This document shows positions 54,551 to 64,000 of a stretch of DNA of 64,000 nt, piece after piece (the first letter of the stretch is position 1; each line of letters opens with the position of its first letter). The stretch comes from an uncultured Hyphomicrobiales bacterium. GTDB taxonomy: Bacteria; Pseudomonadota; Alphaproteobacteria; Rhizobiales; Devosiaceae. The stretch covers positions 648-64,647 of the forward strand of contig CAIMLX010000266.1 in NCBI GenBank assembly GCA_903842455.1, given 5' to 3'. A program made the position numbers and the translations under genes. A model generated the notes under the pieces. That model was not told the origin of the DNA, made no database searches, and saw only the letters and a program-made list of their open reading frames with translations.

Positions 54551-55171
54551 ATGTTGACTGCATTCGACGTCGGCGTCGCCGTGCTGGTTCTGATCTCGGC
54601 GATCCTCGCGACGGCGCGCGGCTTCACGCGCGAAATCCTTTCGCTGGCCACCTGGGTCGGCGCTGCCGCAGTGGCCGCCTATCTCTATTTCTACCAGCCA
54701 GACCTGCTGAAGCCATATTTTGCGGACGAACTGATCGGCCGGATCGTGCTGGTCGGCGCAGGCTTCCTCGTGTCGCTGATCATTCTCCACCTGATCACCA
54801 TGCGCATCGCCGATTTCGTCGTCGATAGCCGAATCGGGCCGCTCGATCGCACGCTGGGGTTCATTTTCGGCGTCGCTCGCGGCGCGCTGATCGCCGTGGT
54901 GTCGGTGATCTTCCTGATCTGGCTCATCCCCGGTGGCCAGCAGCCCTGGCTGCAGGACAGCAAGTCTCTCCCGATCCTCCGCAACTTCGGCGACAGCCTC
55001 ATTGCAGCACTGCCGCCCGACCTCGAGAAGCAGGTTACCGACCTGCTGCAGCGCCGTGGTGGGGCAGACGATGCCTCGCCCGACGAAGCGCCGACCCCGC
55101 AGGAAAACGTGCCGCCCGACGAAAGCACCGACCTGCCGGAAGACGGCTCGCTGCCGGCCACCAATACCTGA
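54551..55171 (+). CDS. cvpA: CvpA-family membrane protein
   Basis: MLTAFDVGVAVLVLISAILATARGFTREI..., four TM segments and an acidic tail, in the conserved position upstream of purF. Confidence 0.85.
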   Translation: MLTAFDVGVAVLVLISAILATARGFTREILSLATWVGAAAVAAYLYFYQPDLLKPYFADELIGRIVLVGAGFLVSLIILHLITMRIADFVVDSRIGPLDRTLGFIFGVARGALIAVVSVIFLIWLIPGGQQPWLQDSKSLPILRNFGDSLIAALPPDLEKQVTDLLQRRGGADDASPDEAPTPQENVPPDESTDLPEDGSLPATNT

Positions 55172-55259
55172 GCGGATTGAGGTAGCGCATTGCCTATTGC
55201 AGTTCCGTGACAGAGATGCCACGGGACGGCGTCGATAGCCGTATTTGAAAGGTTCTCGA

Positions 55260-56747
55260 ATGAGCGACCCGCAGAAAACCATTGCAGAATGGGATTTTGA
55301 CACGCTGCGCGAAGAGTGCGGCGTGTTTGGCATTCTGGGGCACCCGGAAGCCGCCACGCTGACCGCGCTGGGGCTGCATGCCCTGCAGCATCGCGGGCAG
55401 GAAGCCGCAGGCGTCGTCAGCTTCGATGGCCGCCAGTTCCATTCCGAGCGCCAGATGGGCCTCGTCGGCGACCACTTCACCGATCCCGCCATCGTCAAGC
55501 GGCTACCCGGCCACATGGCCATGGGGCATGTGCGCTACTCCACCACCGGCGAAACCATCCTGCGCAACGTGCAGCCGCTGTTCGCCGAACTCGAAGTCGG
55601 CGGCATCGCCATTGCCCATAACGGCAACTTCACCAACGGCCTGACGCTGCGCCGCGAGATCATCGCGCAGGGCGCCATCTGCCAGTCCACCTCCGACACC
55701 GAGGTGGTGCTCCACCTCATCGCGCGATCCAAGAAGAAGACCTCGTCGGAACGCTTCATCGACGCGCTGACCCATCTCGAGGGCGCCTTCGCCCTCGTCG
55801 CCATGACCCGCACCAAGCTGATCGGCGCCCGCGACGCCAACGGCATCCGCCCGCTGGTGCTCGGCGACCTCGACGGCAAGCCGATCTTTGCCTCCGAGAC
55901 CTGCGCTCTCGACATCATCGGCGCCAGGTTCGTGCGCGATGTCGAAAACGGCGAAGTGGTGATCTGCGAGACGCAGCCGGATGGCACAGTCACCATCGAC
56001 AGCGTGAAGCTGTCATCGAAGCCCGAGCGGGTCTGCCTGTTCGAGTATGTCTATTTTGCCCGCCCCGACTCCATCGTCGCCGGCCGCCCGGTCTACACGG
56101 CGCGCAAGCGCATGGGCCTCAACCTCGCGATGGAAGCGCCGGTCGAGGCCGACGTCGTCGTGCCGGTGCCCGATGGCGGCACGCCCGCGGCCATCGGCTT
56201 TGCCCAGGCGAGCGGCATCCCGTTCGAGCTCGGCATCATCCGCAACCACTATGTCGGCCGCACCTTCATCGAGCCGACCCAGTCGATCCGCGCCTTCGGC
56301 GTCAAGCTGAAGCACTCGGCCAACCGGGCCGAGATCGAGGGCAAGCGCGTCGTGCTGGTCGACGACTCGATCGTGCGCGGCACCACCTCGGTGAAGATCG
56401 TGCAGATGATCCGCGATGCCGGGGCCCGCGAGGTGCATATCCGCGTCGCCTCGCCGATGATCTACCACTCCGACTACTACGGCATCGACACCCCCGACCC
56501 CGAGCACCTGCTGGCCAACCAGCATGCCGACCTCGCCTCGATGTGCCGGGCCATCGGCGCCGACTCCCTCGCGTTCCTGTCGATCGATGGCCTCTACGAG
56601 GCTGTCGGTGGAGCGAAACGCGACCCGGCAAACCCGATGTTCACCGACCACTACTTCACCGGCGACTACCCGACCCGCCTCACCGACCTCACCGGCCGCG
56701 GCAAATCCGACCCCAAAACCATCTCCCTGATGCGCGAAGCCAGCTAG
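55260..56747 (+). CDS. purF: Amidophosphoribosyltransferase
   Basis: ATG 55260 (AAAGG 7 nt upstream; TTG 55245 is the alternative). The N-terminal nucleophile is in ECGVFGI, with the PRPP loop VVLVDDSIVRGTT. Confidence 0.97.
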   Translation: MSDPQKTIAEWDFDTLREECGVFGILGHPEAATLTALGLHALQHRGQEAAGVVSFDGRQFHSERQMGLVGDHFTDPAIVKRLPGHMAMGHVRYSTTGETILRNVQPLFAELEVGGIAIAHNGNFTNGLTLRREIIAQGAICQSTSDTEVVLHLIARSKKKTSSERFIDALTHLEGAFALVAMTRTKLIGARDANGIRPLVLGDLDGKPIFASETCALDIIGARFVRDVENGEVVICETQPDGTVTIDSVKLSSKPERVCLFEYVYFARPDSIVAGRPVYTARKRMGLNLAMEAPVEADVVVPVPDGGTPAAIGFAQASGIPFELGIIRNHYVGRTFIEPTQSIRAFGVKLKHSANRAEIEGKRVVLVDDSIVRGTTSVKIVQMIRDAGAREVHIRVASPMIYHSDYYGIDTPDPEHLLANQHADLASMCRAIGADSLAFLSIDGLYEAVGGAKRDPANPMFTDHYFTGDYPTRLTDLTGRGKSDPKTISLMREAS

Positions 56748-56950
56748 CGGGGGGCATTTAGCCCCTTTGACCTCGATGCGGGGCACAGGGGCGGACTGAC
56801 CCGGGCCATAGTGGTTGCATCACCCACTCCGATGGTGGGGGAACCGAGCGCCTTGATGGCCCCTTAGTGGGCACCCCTGCGGCAAGCTCCCCCTTCCCTC
56901 CGCGGCCCCTGCCCGCTAGAAGCCCGCATCGCCTCACCTGAGACCTCCGC

Positions 56951-57691
56951 ATGACCGCCACCGCCAACACCCTTACCGACAAGATCGTCCTCGTCACCGG
57001 CGCCTCGCGCGGCATCGGCTACCAGGCAGCGCTCGAGGCGGCACGGCGCGGTGCGCATGTCATCGCCGTGGCCCGCACCGTGGGCGGCCTCGAAGACCTC
57101 GACGACGAGATCCAGGCGCTGGGCGGCTCAACCACCCTCGTGCCGCTCGACCTGCGTGACTTCGACGGGATCGATCGGCTCGGCAGCGCCATCTTCGAGC
57201 GCTGGGGCAGGCTCGACGGGCTCGTCGGCAATGCCGCCATGCTGAGCGGCCTCAGCCCGGTGGCGCATGTCGATCCCAAGGATTTCGACAAGGTGATGGC
57301 GCTGAACGTCACCGCCAGTTATCGCCTGCTGCGCTCGCTCGACCTGCTGCTGCGGCAGTCGGCGGCCGGCCGCGCCGTATTCGTCTCGTCGAGCTCGGCC
57401 CAGTCCGCCCGGCCGTTCTGGGGGCTCTATGCCGCCAGCAAGGCGGCGCTCGAAGCCCTGGTCAAGAGCTACGCCTCCGAGACCGCCGGAGCCTCGAAGG
57501 TACGCGTCAATCTCTTCCACCCCGGTGCCGTTCGGACCGCCATGCGGGCCAAGGCTGTCCCCGGCGAAGACCCCGATACGCTGCCGCGCCCCTCGGCCGT
57601 CGCCCCCGCCCTGATCGACATGATCGAGCCGTCGTTCAGCGAGAACCGCGCCCTCTACGACTGGGAAACCCGGACGCTGACGGCGCTCTAG
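56951..57691 (+). CDS. SDR-family oxidoreductase
   Basis: Motifs VTGASRGIGYQ and YAASKAALEALV. Confidence 0.9.
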   Translation: MTATANTLTDKIVLVTGASRGIGYQAALEAARRGAHVIAVARTVGGLEDLDDEIQALGGSTTLVPLDLRDFDGIDRLGSAIFERWGRLDGLVGNAAMLSGLSPVAHVDPKDFDKVMALNVTASYRLLRSLDLLLRQSAAGRAVFVSSSSAQSARPFWGLYAASKAALEALVKSYASETAGASKVRVNLFHPGAVRTAMRAKAVPGEDPDTLPRPSAVAPALIDMIEPSFSENRALYDWETRTLTAL

Positions 57692-58236
57692 GTCGCCTCG
57701 CCCCAGACAACCTCGCTGGCCACGGGGATCTTCGGCGAGCGGAATCCCATTGCCGCCCACGCCGTCAGCAGGGTGAAGAAGAAGCCGACGGACTGCGTCT
57801 TGTGGTTGGGGATGTCGGCGGGCAGCGTCTGGCCGGCCGGCAGGTCGCTCACCATGGTGCGCATCGCGGGAGCCGGCCTGATTTCGTCGGGCCAGAGCCC
57901 CGCGTAGAGGCTAAGCCAGTGCCCTCCCTGGAACTCGAGAAAGAGCGGCGTATTGCAGCACGCCGCCACGACGCGGCGCGTCGGCGACGCTGCCGTCAGT
58001 CGATACGCCCGCAGGTTGTCACCTCCGGCAGCAAAGCGCACGCGGTCCTTGCGATAGAGCACGTAGGGTGTGCCGCCGGTCGCCGATGTCACGGGCTCTC
58101 CCCCCGGGATCTCGGCCAGCCAGGCTGCGGCGGTGCGGCAGCTGTCGCACTGGCACTCGGCCGCCAGCAGCGGTTCGCCCTCCAGCCGCAGGTGGATGTT
58201 GCCGCAGCTGCAGGTGAGTTCAGTGTGTGGCGGCAT
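57688..58236 (-). CDS. Cys-rich GFA-like protein with hydrophobic C-terminal segment
   Basis: Motifs CSCGNIHL...CQCDSC...CCNTPLF. It overlaps the upstream TetR stop by 17 nt, which suggests an operon. Confidence 0.6.
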   Translation of the reverse strand: MPPHTELTCSCGNIHLRLEGEPLLAAECQCDSCRTAAAWLAEIPGGEPVTSATGGTPYVLYRKDRVRFAAGGDNLRAYRLTAASPTRRVVAACCNTPLFLEFQGGHWLSLYAGLWPDEIRPAPAMRTMVSDLPAGQTLPADIPNHKTQSVGFFFTLLTAWAAMGFRSPKIPVASEVVWGEAT

Positions 58237-58864
58237 GCCGGGTCTCCAGTGGCAGGTTGAACAACAGACGGATATAGCGGTCGAGGTGATCCAGCGCCTC
58301 GCGGGCGAGTGCCGCTTCGTTGCCGGCCTTGGCCAGGATAAAGCCGCCCTGCAGCGCTACCTGGAAATACCGGGCCAGGCTGGCCGGCTCGGGAGAGGCG
58401 ATGCTTCGCTCAGCCATGGCGGCGGCGATATCGGCCTCGAGCGTCGCGGCATGGCCAAAGATGCTGAGCGCGGCGGCATCGCGTATGGCCGGGCCGGTCA
58501 CATAGACCTCGCTGGCCAGTGTCCCCACCAGACAGACAAAGCCCGGGATCGGCCCCGCGATGATCGACCGACGAAAGGCGATGTAGGCCAGGACGCGATC
58601 CAGCGGATCGGCGGGAGCGTGGTAGGGCGCGGCGGCGAAGAACGCCGTGGTGGTTTCGGCCCAGTGCCAGGCGGCCGCGACGCCCAGTGCCAACTTGTGA
58701 GCAAAGTGGTGGAAGAACGCCCCCTTGCTCACCCCGGCGGATCGGCAGAGGTCGTCGATCGACGTCCCGGCGTAGCCCCGCTCGCGGATCAGGTCCCGCG
58801 CCGCGTCCAGCAGGCGGGTCCGGGCATCGCCCCGTTCGGGAGCATGAATGGTAGGTCTCGACAT
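58220..58864 (-). CDS. TetR/AcrR-family transcriptional regulator
   Basis: Start ATG 58864 (MSRPTIHAPERGDARTRLLDAARDLI...). The HTH is SIDDLCRSAGVSKGAFFHHFAHK. Confidence 0.85.
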   Translation of the reverse strand: MSRPTIHAPERGDARTRLLDAARDLIRERGYAGTSIDDLCRSAGVSKGAFFHHFAHKLALGVAAAWHWAETTTAFFAAAPYHAPADPLDRVLAYIAFRRSIIAGPIPGFVCLVGTLASEVYVTGPAIRDAAALSIFGHAATLEADIAAAMAERSIASPEPASLARYFQVALQGGFILAKAGNEAALAREALDHLDRYIRLLFNLPLETRHAATH

Positions 58865-58873
58865 ACGAAATAC

Positions 58874-58891
58874 ATACCAACCGGTTTGTAT
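58874..58891. promoter_or_regulatory. 18-bp palindrome ATACCAACCGGTTTGTAT, candidate TetR operator
   Basis: 8 of 9 positions per half-site are symmetric, centred on CCGG. It lies 10 nt upstream of the TetR start, in the divergent region shared with the methyltransferase gene. Confidence 0.35.
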
Positions 58892-59013
58892 CCTGACAAG
58901 CTTCGGAGCCATGCCCGGGACGCATGGCGCGAGCCGGTGTTGCTTCGAGACATTTGCAGACATTATCGAGCATGATACGCAGTTGCGCATAATTGATGTC
59001 TTGGGAGGGATGC

Positions 59014-59808
59014 GTGTCTGCAATTACTTCAGGTGTATCGCAACAATACGCGGATAGTAGCAAGCTGGCGGCCCGGGCCCGTTTACATCGGGAGTTTTCG
59101 GTTGGCGAGCCGTGGTTTCCCTGGGTGATGGACCGGCTACCGTTCGCGGCAGGTAACAGCGTCCTCGATATCGGTTGCGGCCCAGCGTGGTTCTGGGCCG
59201 GATCGGAGGGGCACTTTCCCCCCGGCCTGCATCTGACGCTCGCCGATCAGTCGGACGGGATGGTGCAGGAGGCGACCGAGCGCTGCGCCCCGCTCGGGTT
59301 TGCCAGCGTCACCGGCCAGCAGGCCGATGTCACCGCACTGCCCTTCGCCGATGCCAGCTTCGACGTCGTCATCGCCATGCACATGCTCTACCACGTCGCG
59401 TACCAGGACAAGGCGGTCACTGAACTGCATCGCGTGCTGAAGCCGGGCGGTACGCTGGCGGTCACCAGCAACGGCGCGGGCAACCTCAGGCAGCTCTACG
59501 CCCTCACCACCGTGTTCGGCAGCCCGCCAATCGATCCGGCCGCCGTCGCCTTCGGGCACGAGCGTGCCGAAAGCCTGCTCGGCGCTCAGTTCGGCAACGT
59601 AACGAAAACCGTGTGCCCGGGCGGGCTGCATGTCACCGACCCCGAGGTGGTCTTCATGGCCCTCACCTCCTATCCGCCCGGCGATCGCGCCAGCGACAGC
59701 GAACTGGAGGCGTTCCAGAGCGCCATCGCGACCGCCTTCGCGGCCGGCGGAGGCGTGCTGGATGTGCAGAAGGATGCGGCGCTGTTCCTCAGCCGGAAAC
59801 CCGGCTGA
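59014..59808 (+). CDS. Class I SAM-dependent methyltransferase
   Basis: Motif I VLDIGCGPAWFW, plus VVIAMHMLYHV and LKPGGTLAV. The start is probably GTG 59014 (GGGAGGG at 59003-59009); TTG 58993 or ATG 58996 are possible. Confidence 0.85.
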   Translation: MSAITSGVSQQYADSSKLAARARLHREFSVGEPWFPWVMDRLPFAAGNSVLDIGCGPAWFWAGSEGHFPPGLHLTLADQSDGMVQEATERCAPLGFASVTGQQADVTALPFADASFDVVIAMHMLYHVAYQDKAVTELHRVLKPGGTLAVTSNGAGNLRQLYALTTVFGSPPIDPAAVAFGHERAESLLGAQFGNVTKTVCPGGLHVTDPEVVFMALTSYPPGDRASDSELEAFQSAIATAFAAGGGVLDVQKDAALFLSRKPG

Positions 59809-59811
59809 GCG

Positions 59812-61116
59812 CTACTTGCGGCTGACCAGCACCTTGTCGATGCGGCGGCCGTCGAGGTCCATCACCTCGAAGCGCCACTGGCCGCGCTCGAACACCTCGC
59901 CCACTACCGGCAGGTGGTTGAGATGGGCCAGCACGTAGCCGGCGACGGTTTCGAACTTGGCGTCCTTGGGCACCGGCACGCCGATGCGCTCCTCGAACTC
60001 GTCGGCCTGCATCCAGCCCGAGACAAGGAACGAGCCGTCGGCGCGCACGGTGAAGGCGGCCTCGCCCTCGCCTTCTTCTTCCTGGAAGGCGCCGGTGATG
60101 GCCTCGAGGATGTCGCCGGGCGTCACGATGCCTTCGAAGTGGCCATACTCGTCGAACACCAGCGCCAGGTGCACCACCGAGTTTCGGATGGCCTTGAGCA
60201 CATCGATGGCGCTCGAGCGATCCATCACCACGGGCGCCGGCTTGACCATGGCGCGGATGTCGAGCGGCTCGCCGGTGAACAGCGCGTCGACCAGATCCTT
60301 GCGCACGATGACGCCGATGATCGAGTCGGTGCTGCCATCCTGCACGGGCACCACCGAGTGACGGATCAGGCGGAGCTGCGAGAGGATCTCATCCTGGCTG
60401 TCGTTGAGGTCGACATATTCCACGTCGAGCCGCGGCGTCATCAGGCCTCGGGCGGAGCGATCGGCGAGCCGCATCACGCCATTGATCATGTGGCGCTCTT
60501 CGCTTTCCAGCACGCCGGCGCTCTCGGCCTCGGCGATGATGGTTTTCACCTCCTCGTCGGTGACCCGCTCCTCGGATTCGCCGGACTGGCCAAGCAGGCG
60601 CAGCACCAGCTTGCCCGAGATATCCAGCACCCAGATGATCGGCGCGCCGATCGAGGCGATGAAGGCCATCAGCGGAGCCACGCGCGACGCCACGCCTTCG
60701 GCATCGCGCAGCGCGATCTGCTTGGGCACCAGTTCGCCGATGATCAGCGACAGGTAGGTGATGATCACCACGACGATGCCGACGCCCAGCGGCATGGCGA
60801 GGCCGGCGTCGACGCCGGCGCCGACCAGCGTCAGGCCGAGCCGCTCACCCAGCGTGGCGCCCGAGAAGGCGCCCGACAACACGCCGACAAGCGTGATGCC
60901 GATCTGCACCGAGGAGAGAAACTTGCCGGGGTTCTCCTGCAGCTTCAGCGCCACCTGGGCACCGCGCTTGCCTTCGGCAGCCAGCACCTTGAGGCGCGCG
61001 GGACGGGAGGAGACCACGGCCAGTTCGGACATGGAAAGGAGGCCATTGACGAGGGTCAGGATGGCGACAATCAGGATTTCGGCAAACAATGTCGTCTTCT
61101 GGTTGCGGCCCCGCAC
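59812..61116 (-). CDS. CNNM/TlyC-family membrane protein (DUF21 + CBS pair + CorC_HlyC)
   Basis: The N-terminal TM domain has LVNGLLSMSELAVVS. A CBS pair region and a C-terminal CorC/HlyC-like domain (VAGYVLAHLNHLPVVGEVF) follow. Confidence 0.9.
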   Translation of the reverse strand: MRGRNQKTTLFAEILIVAILTLVNGLLSMSELAVVSSRPARLKVLAAEGKRGAQVALKLQENPGKFLSSVQIGITLVGVLSGAFSGATLGERLGLTLVGAGVDAGLAMPLGVGIVVVIITYLSLIIGELVPKQIALRDAEGVASRVAPLMAFIASIGAPIIWVLDISGKLVLRLLGQSGESEERVTDEEVKTIIAEAESAGVLESEERHMINGVMRLADRSARGLMTPRLDVEYVDLNDSQDEILSQLRLIRHSVVPVQDGSTDSIIGVIVRKDLVDALFTGEPLDIRAMVKPAPVVMDRSSAIDVLKAIRNSVVHLALVFDEYGHFEGIVTPGDILEAITGAFQEEEGEGEAAFTVRADGSFLVSGWMQADEFEERIGVPVPKDAKFETVAGYVLAHLNHLPVVGEVFERGQWRFEVMDLDGRRIDKVLVSRK

Positions 61117-61189
61117 TCAGCATCGGGTCGCTTGGGAATGTGCGAATATAGCTACCACGCCCGCAGATGCAATGCGGCGCAGTCCCAAC

Positions 61190-62620
61190 TCAGTCCTTGG
61201 CGAAGGGGTTCTTGCCGCCGCGGAGCCACAGGCGGATCGGCGTGCCCTGCAGGCCGAAGGTCTCGCGCAGGCCGTTGACCAGATAGCGCTGGTAGGAGGC
61301 CGGCACCGAATCCGGGCGCGTCGCGAACACGATGAAGCTCGGCGGCCGGATCTTGGCCTGCGTCATGTAGCGCATCTTCAGCCGGCGGCCGGACACGGCC
61401 GGGGCCGGATGGCTCTCGGTCATGGCGCCGAGCCAGCGGTTGAGCTTGGCCGTCGAGATATGGGTGTTCCAGTTGCGCTCGATGGCGAAGATGGCGTCCA
61501 TCAGCTTGTCGATGTTGCGGCCCTGCAGGCCGGAAATCGTTACCAGCGGCACGCCGCGCAGCTGCGGCAGCAACCGGTCGCACTCCTCGCGCAGTTCGGC
61601 CAGCTTGGCGTTCTTGTCCTCGATGGTGTCCCACTTGTTGACCGCGATCACCAGGGCGCGGCCTTCGCGCTCCACGAGGTCGGCGAGCGCCAGGTCCTGC
61701 TTCTCGAACGGGATCTGCGCATCGAGCAGCAGCACCACCACCTCGGCATATTGCAGCGAGCGCAGCGAATCGCCCACTGCCATCTTCTCGAGCTTGCCAT
61801 CGACGCGGGCCTTGCGGCGGATACCGGCGGTATCGACGAGGTTGATCGTCCGCCCCTCATACTCCCACGGCACCAGGATCGAATCGCGGGTGATGCCCGC
61901 CTCGGGGCCGGTCAGCAGCCGCTCTTCGCCCACCATGCGGTTGATCAGCGTCGACTTGCCGGCGTTCGGGCGGCCGATGATCGCCACGTTGAGGTAGCGC
62001 TTGGGGTCCCAGCGCGCGGCCGGGCCCTCCTCGGTGGAACCGTCATCCTCGGGCAGGTCGACATCGACCTCGGGCAGGAAGTCTTCGTCGACCGGTCCGG
62101 CATTCGCCTCGGCCCGTTCGGCAGCGGCATCGACCGCCCGCGAAACGATGGCGTGGAGGTCGGACATGCCGACGCCGTGTTCGGCGGAGAGCGCGATGGC
62201 CTCGCCGAAGCCGAGCGAATAGGCTTCCATCAGGCCGGGGCTCGCCGCCCGGCTCTCGGCCTTGTTGCCGACGAGGTGCACGTCCTTGCCGGCGCGGCGC
62301 AGCACCTGGGCGAAGCGCTCGTCGAGCGGCGTCACCCCGGCGCGGGCATCGATCATGAACAGGATGACGTCGGCATCGCGGATGGCGATCTCGGTCTGCT
62401 GGCGCATCCGGTCTTCGAGCGAACCGTCGGTGCGGTCCTCGTAGCCGGCCGTATCCAGCACCTTGAAATGCAGGTCGCCGATGCGGCCGTCGGCCTCGCG
62501 GCGATCGCGGGTAACGCCGGGCGTATCATCGACCAGCGCGATCTTCTTGCCCACCAGCCGGTTGAACAGCGTGGACTTGCCGACGTTGGGACGCCCGACA
62601 ATGGCGACGGTAACACTCAT
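61190..62620 (-). CDS. der: Ribosome-biogenesis GTPase Der (EngA)
   Basis: Two G domains (GRPNVGKST...DTAG and GRPNAGKST...DTAG) and a KH-like C-terminus. Confidence 0.97.
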   Translation of the reverse strand: MSVTVAIVGRPNVGKSTLFNRLVGKKIALVDDTPGVTRDRREADGRIGDLHFKVLDTAGYEDRTDGSLEDRMRQQTEIAIRDADVILFMIDARAGVTPLDERFAQVLRRAGKDVHLVGNKAESRAASPGLMEAYSLGFGEAIALSAEHGVGMSDLHAIVSRAVDAAAERAEANAGPVDEDFLPEVDVDLPEDDGSTEEGPAARWDPKRYLNVAIIGRPNAGKSTLINRMVGEERLLTGPEAGITRDSILVPWEYEGRTINLVDTAGIRRKARVDGKLEKMAVGDSLRSLQYAEVVVLLLDAQIPFEKQDLALADLVEREGRALVIAVNKWDTIEDKNAKLAELREECDRLLPQLRGVPLVTISGLQGRNIDKLMDAIFAIERNWNTHISTAKLNRWLGAMTESHPAPAVSGRRLKMRYMTQAKIRPPSFIVFATRPDSVPASYQRYLVNGLRETFGLQGTPIRLWLRGGKNPFAKD

Positions 62621-62647
62621 GTCGGCCTCGAGGTTAGGCGTCCGCGA

Positions 62648-63562
62648 TCAGTTCGCGGGCGCATCGGTCGCCGGAGCGGCCGGGGTTGTGTCGTCGGCGG
62701 ATGCCGGTGCAGCAGGAGTCTCGACCAGCGGCACGGCTTCCATGGCAGGGGCCTCCATCGCCGGGGCGGCTTCCATCGCAGGAGCGGCTTCCATCGCAGG
62801 AGCGGCCTCCATCGCCGGGGCAGCTTCCATCGCTGGCGCAGCCTCCATGGCAGGCGCCTCGGCGGCGGGGGCAGTTTCGGTCGCGGCGGCGGCGGCGGGC
62901 GGTGCTCCGGCGCCGAGCGACTTCAGTTGGGCGACAAAGATCTGCAGCCGGCTCAGAGCCTCGCGCGATGCGCCGGGGTCGGCCATCACGGCCTCGAAAT
63001 CGGTGAGCGCGCCGTCGAGATCGCCGGCCTTGTACTTGGTCAGCCCCAGCGCCTCGCGGGCGGCGTTGCGCATCGGGTTGTCCGGCGCCACGAGGCCGGA
63101 TACGCGCTGCTCCACCTGCCCGACATTGCCGCTGTCGACGAGCGTGTAGGCGGCCAGCACCAGCGCCAGCGCCCGGATATTGGTGTTGGTCTCGCCGGTG
63201 GCGATTGCGTCATAGGCGGCGGTCGCCTCGGCGGTCTTGCCATCCTTTACCAGCAGCGCCGCCTCGCGGAAGCGCGCCAACAGCGGATAGGCGCCGGTGC
63301 CGGTCGCCTCGATCTCGTCGAGCGCCTGCTGCGCGGCGGCAACATCGGTGCCCTCCGACAACGCCAGGGCGCTGTAGAACTGATCCGACGAACGGGCCGC
63401 GTTGGAGTTGTTCCACCACTGCCAGCCTTCCCAGCCGGCGACGCCAACGACGAGAACCACCGCGGCGGCGATCAGCCAGGGCCCGAAGTTCTTCCACAGG
63501 CTGCGCATCTGGTCGCTGCGCAGTTCCTCGTCGATCTCGCGGATGAAGTTCTCGTTGGACAT
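62648..63562 (-). CDS. YfgM-like membrane-anchored TPR protein with Ala/Pro-rich repeat tail
   Basis: N-terminal basic region plus a TM helix (WLIAAAVVLVVGVAGW), a helical TPR-like ectodomain, and a position immediately upstream of der as for yfgM in other proteobacteria. The C-terminal tail is (AAPAME)n. Confidence 0.75.
   Translation of the reverse strand: MSNENFIREIDEELRSDQMRSLWKNFGPWLIAAAVVLVVGVAGWEGWQWWNNSNAARSSDQFYSALALSEGTDVAAAQQALDEIEATGTGAYPLLARFREAALLVKDGKTAEATAAYDAIATGETNTNIRALALVLAAYTLVDSGNVGQVEQRVSGLVAPDNPMRNAAREALGLTKYKAGDLDGALTDFEAVMADPGASREALSRLQIFVAQLKSLGAGAPPAAAAATETAPAAEAPAMEAAPAMEAAPAMEAAPAMEAAPAMEAAPAMEAPAMEAVPLVETPAAPASADDTTPAAPATDAPAN
62738..62857 (-). repeat. In-frame 18-bp tandem repeat (5 full plus 2 truncated units) encoding AAPAME
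   Basis: The plus strand reads YTCCATCGCNGGNGCNGC x5, flanked by 15-nt units. The units differ only at synonymous positions. Confidence 0.9.
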
Positions 63563-63728
63563 CCAGGGGCTTTCGTTCGGGCGTTCAGATTGGCGCGCAA
63601 CATATGCATGTGGCCCCCTGAATGCAAACGCATCCGGAGGCGCGCAGGCGCCGCACCCAGGCTCGGCTTTTTCTCAGGCGCACAGGCCCGTTCGCAAGGT
63701 GGCCGGGCTCACTATCACGGCCGGTGCG

Positions 63729-64000
63729 TCATTCCCACTCGATTGTACCGGGCGGCTTGCTCGTCACGTCGTAGACGACCCGGTTGATGCCGCGCACCTC
63801 GTTGATGATGCGGGTGGCGGCGCGGCCGAGGAAGTTCATGTCGTAGGGGAAGAAGTCCGCCGTCATGCCGTCGACCGAGGTCACGGCGCGGAGGGCGCAG
63901 ACGAACTCGTAGGTGCGGCCGTCGCCCATCACGCCCACGGTCTGCACCGGCAGCAGCACCGCGAAGGCCTGCCAGATCTTGTCGTAGAGGCCGGCCTTCC
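63729..64000 (-). CDS. guaA: GMP synthase (glutamine-hydrolysing), C-terminal part; 5' end outside window
   Basis: ...[26 protein letters not shown]...[10 protein letters not shown]. The frame is open to the window edge. Confidence 0.95.
   Translation of the reverse strand, partial: KAGLYDKIWQAFAVLLPVQTVGVMGDGRTYEFVCALRAVTSVDGMTADFFPYDMNFLGRAATRIINEVRGINRVVYDVTSKPPGTIEWE

Noticed and set aside
62738-62857. CRISPR-like regular repeats
   Set aside because: The units are contiguous 18-mers without spacers, are in frame within a CDS, and no cas genes are present. This is a coding tandem repeat.
60758-63787. 1009-aa ORF on the plus strand, the longest in the window
   Set aside because: It lies antisense to der, the YfgM-like gene and part of the TlyC-like gene, all of which have strong family motifs. 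Its translation is Arg/Gly/Ala/His-rich low complexity, typical of GC-driven shadow ORFs.
1-64000. tRNA, rRNA, tmRNA, RNase P, transposase, integrase or prophage genes
   Set aside because: I scanned intergenic regions for T-loop (GGTTCGAATCC-like) and other hallmarks and the ORF list for DDE, tyrosine-recombinase or phage motifs, and found none. Small ncRNAs cannot be excluded without covariance-model searches.

Overview
High-GC (about 65% by eye) alphaproteobacterial chromosome segment whose gene order looks like Hyphomicrobiales/Rhizobiales. I call about 66 densely packed protein-coding genes. I saw no rRNA, tRNA, CRISPR array, transposase, integrase or phage genes. From about 20.5 kb to 64 kb the window is core housekeeping synteny: DEAD-box helicase, ndk, an ABC-F ATPase, holC-pepA divergent from lptF-lptG-lptD-surA-pdxA-(DUF305 on the opposite strand)-rsmA, gmk-yicC-mltG-fabF-acpP-fabG-fabD, rpsF-rpsR-rplI, dnaB-alr, radA-cvpA-purF, der and the guaA 3' end. 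The first 20.5 kb looks accessory. It holds an ADP-ribosylglycohydrolase plus PfkB kinase pair, an ECF42-like sigma factor with a YCII/DGPF partner, an orphan exported HExxH protein, and an RpiR regulator facing an ABC importer bracketed by two diverged 5-formyl-THF-cyclo-ligase-like paralogs. It also holds a truncated NmrA-like remnant, a TetR/membrane-protein pair, TauE, a cytoplasmic molybdopterin oxidoreductase, and a glutaminase-STAS-cNMP fusion divergent from a Kv-like K+ channel with a C-terminal zinc ribbon. I found no clear defence or mobile system. The best candidates for undescribed biology are the 5-FCL-bracketed importer (6.1-11.9 kb), the glutaminase/channel pair (17.3-20.1 kb) and the orphan HExxH protein (4.25-5.9 kb). 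Several small regulatory or repeat signals are also flagged: DnaA boxes, a CtrA-like box before dnaB, a LexA-type box before radA, a nested palindromic intergenic element and an in-frame 18-bp coding tandem repeat. All calls rest on reading the translated ORFs and the DNA by eye. No database search was run, so family names are recalled motif matches and the start codons of many genes are uncertain. The many long ORFs antisense to real genes are GC-driven shadow ORFs and were rejected.
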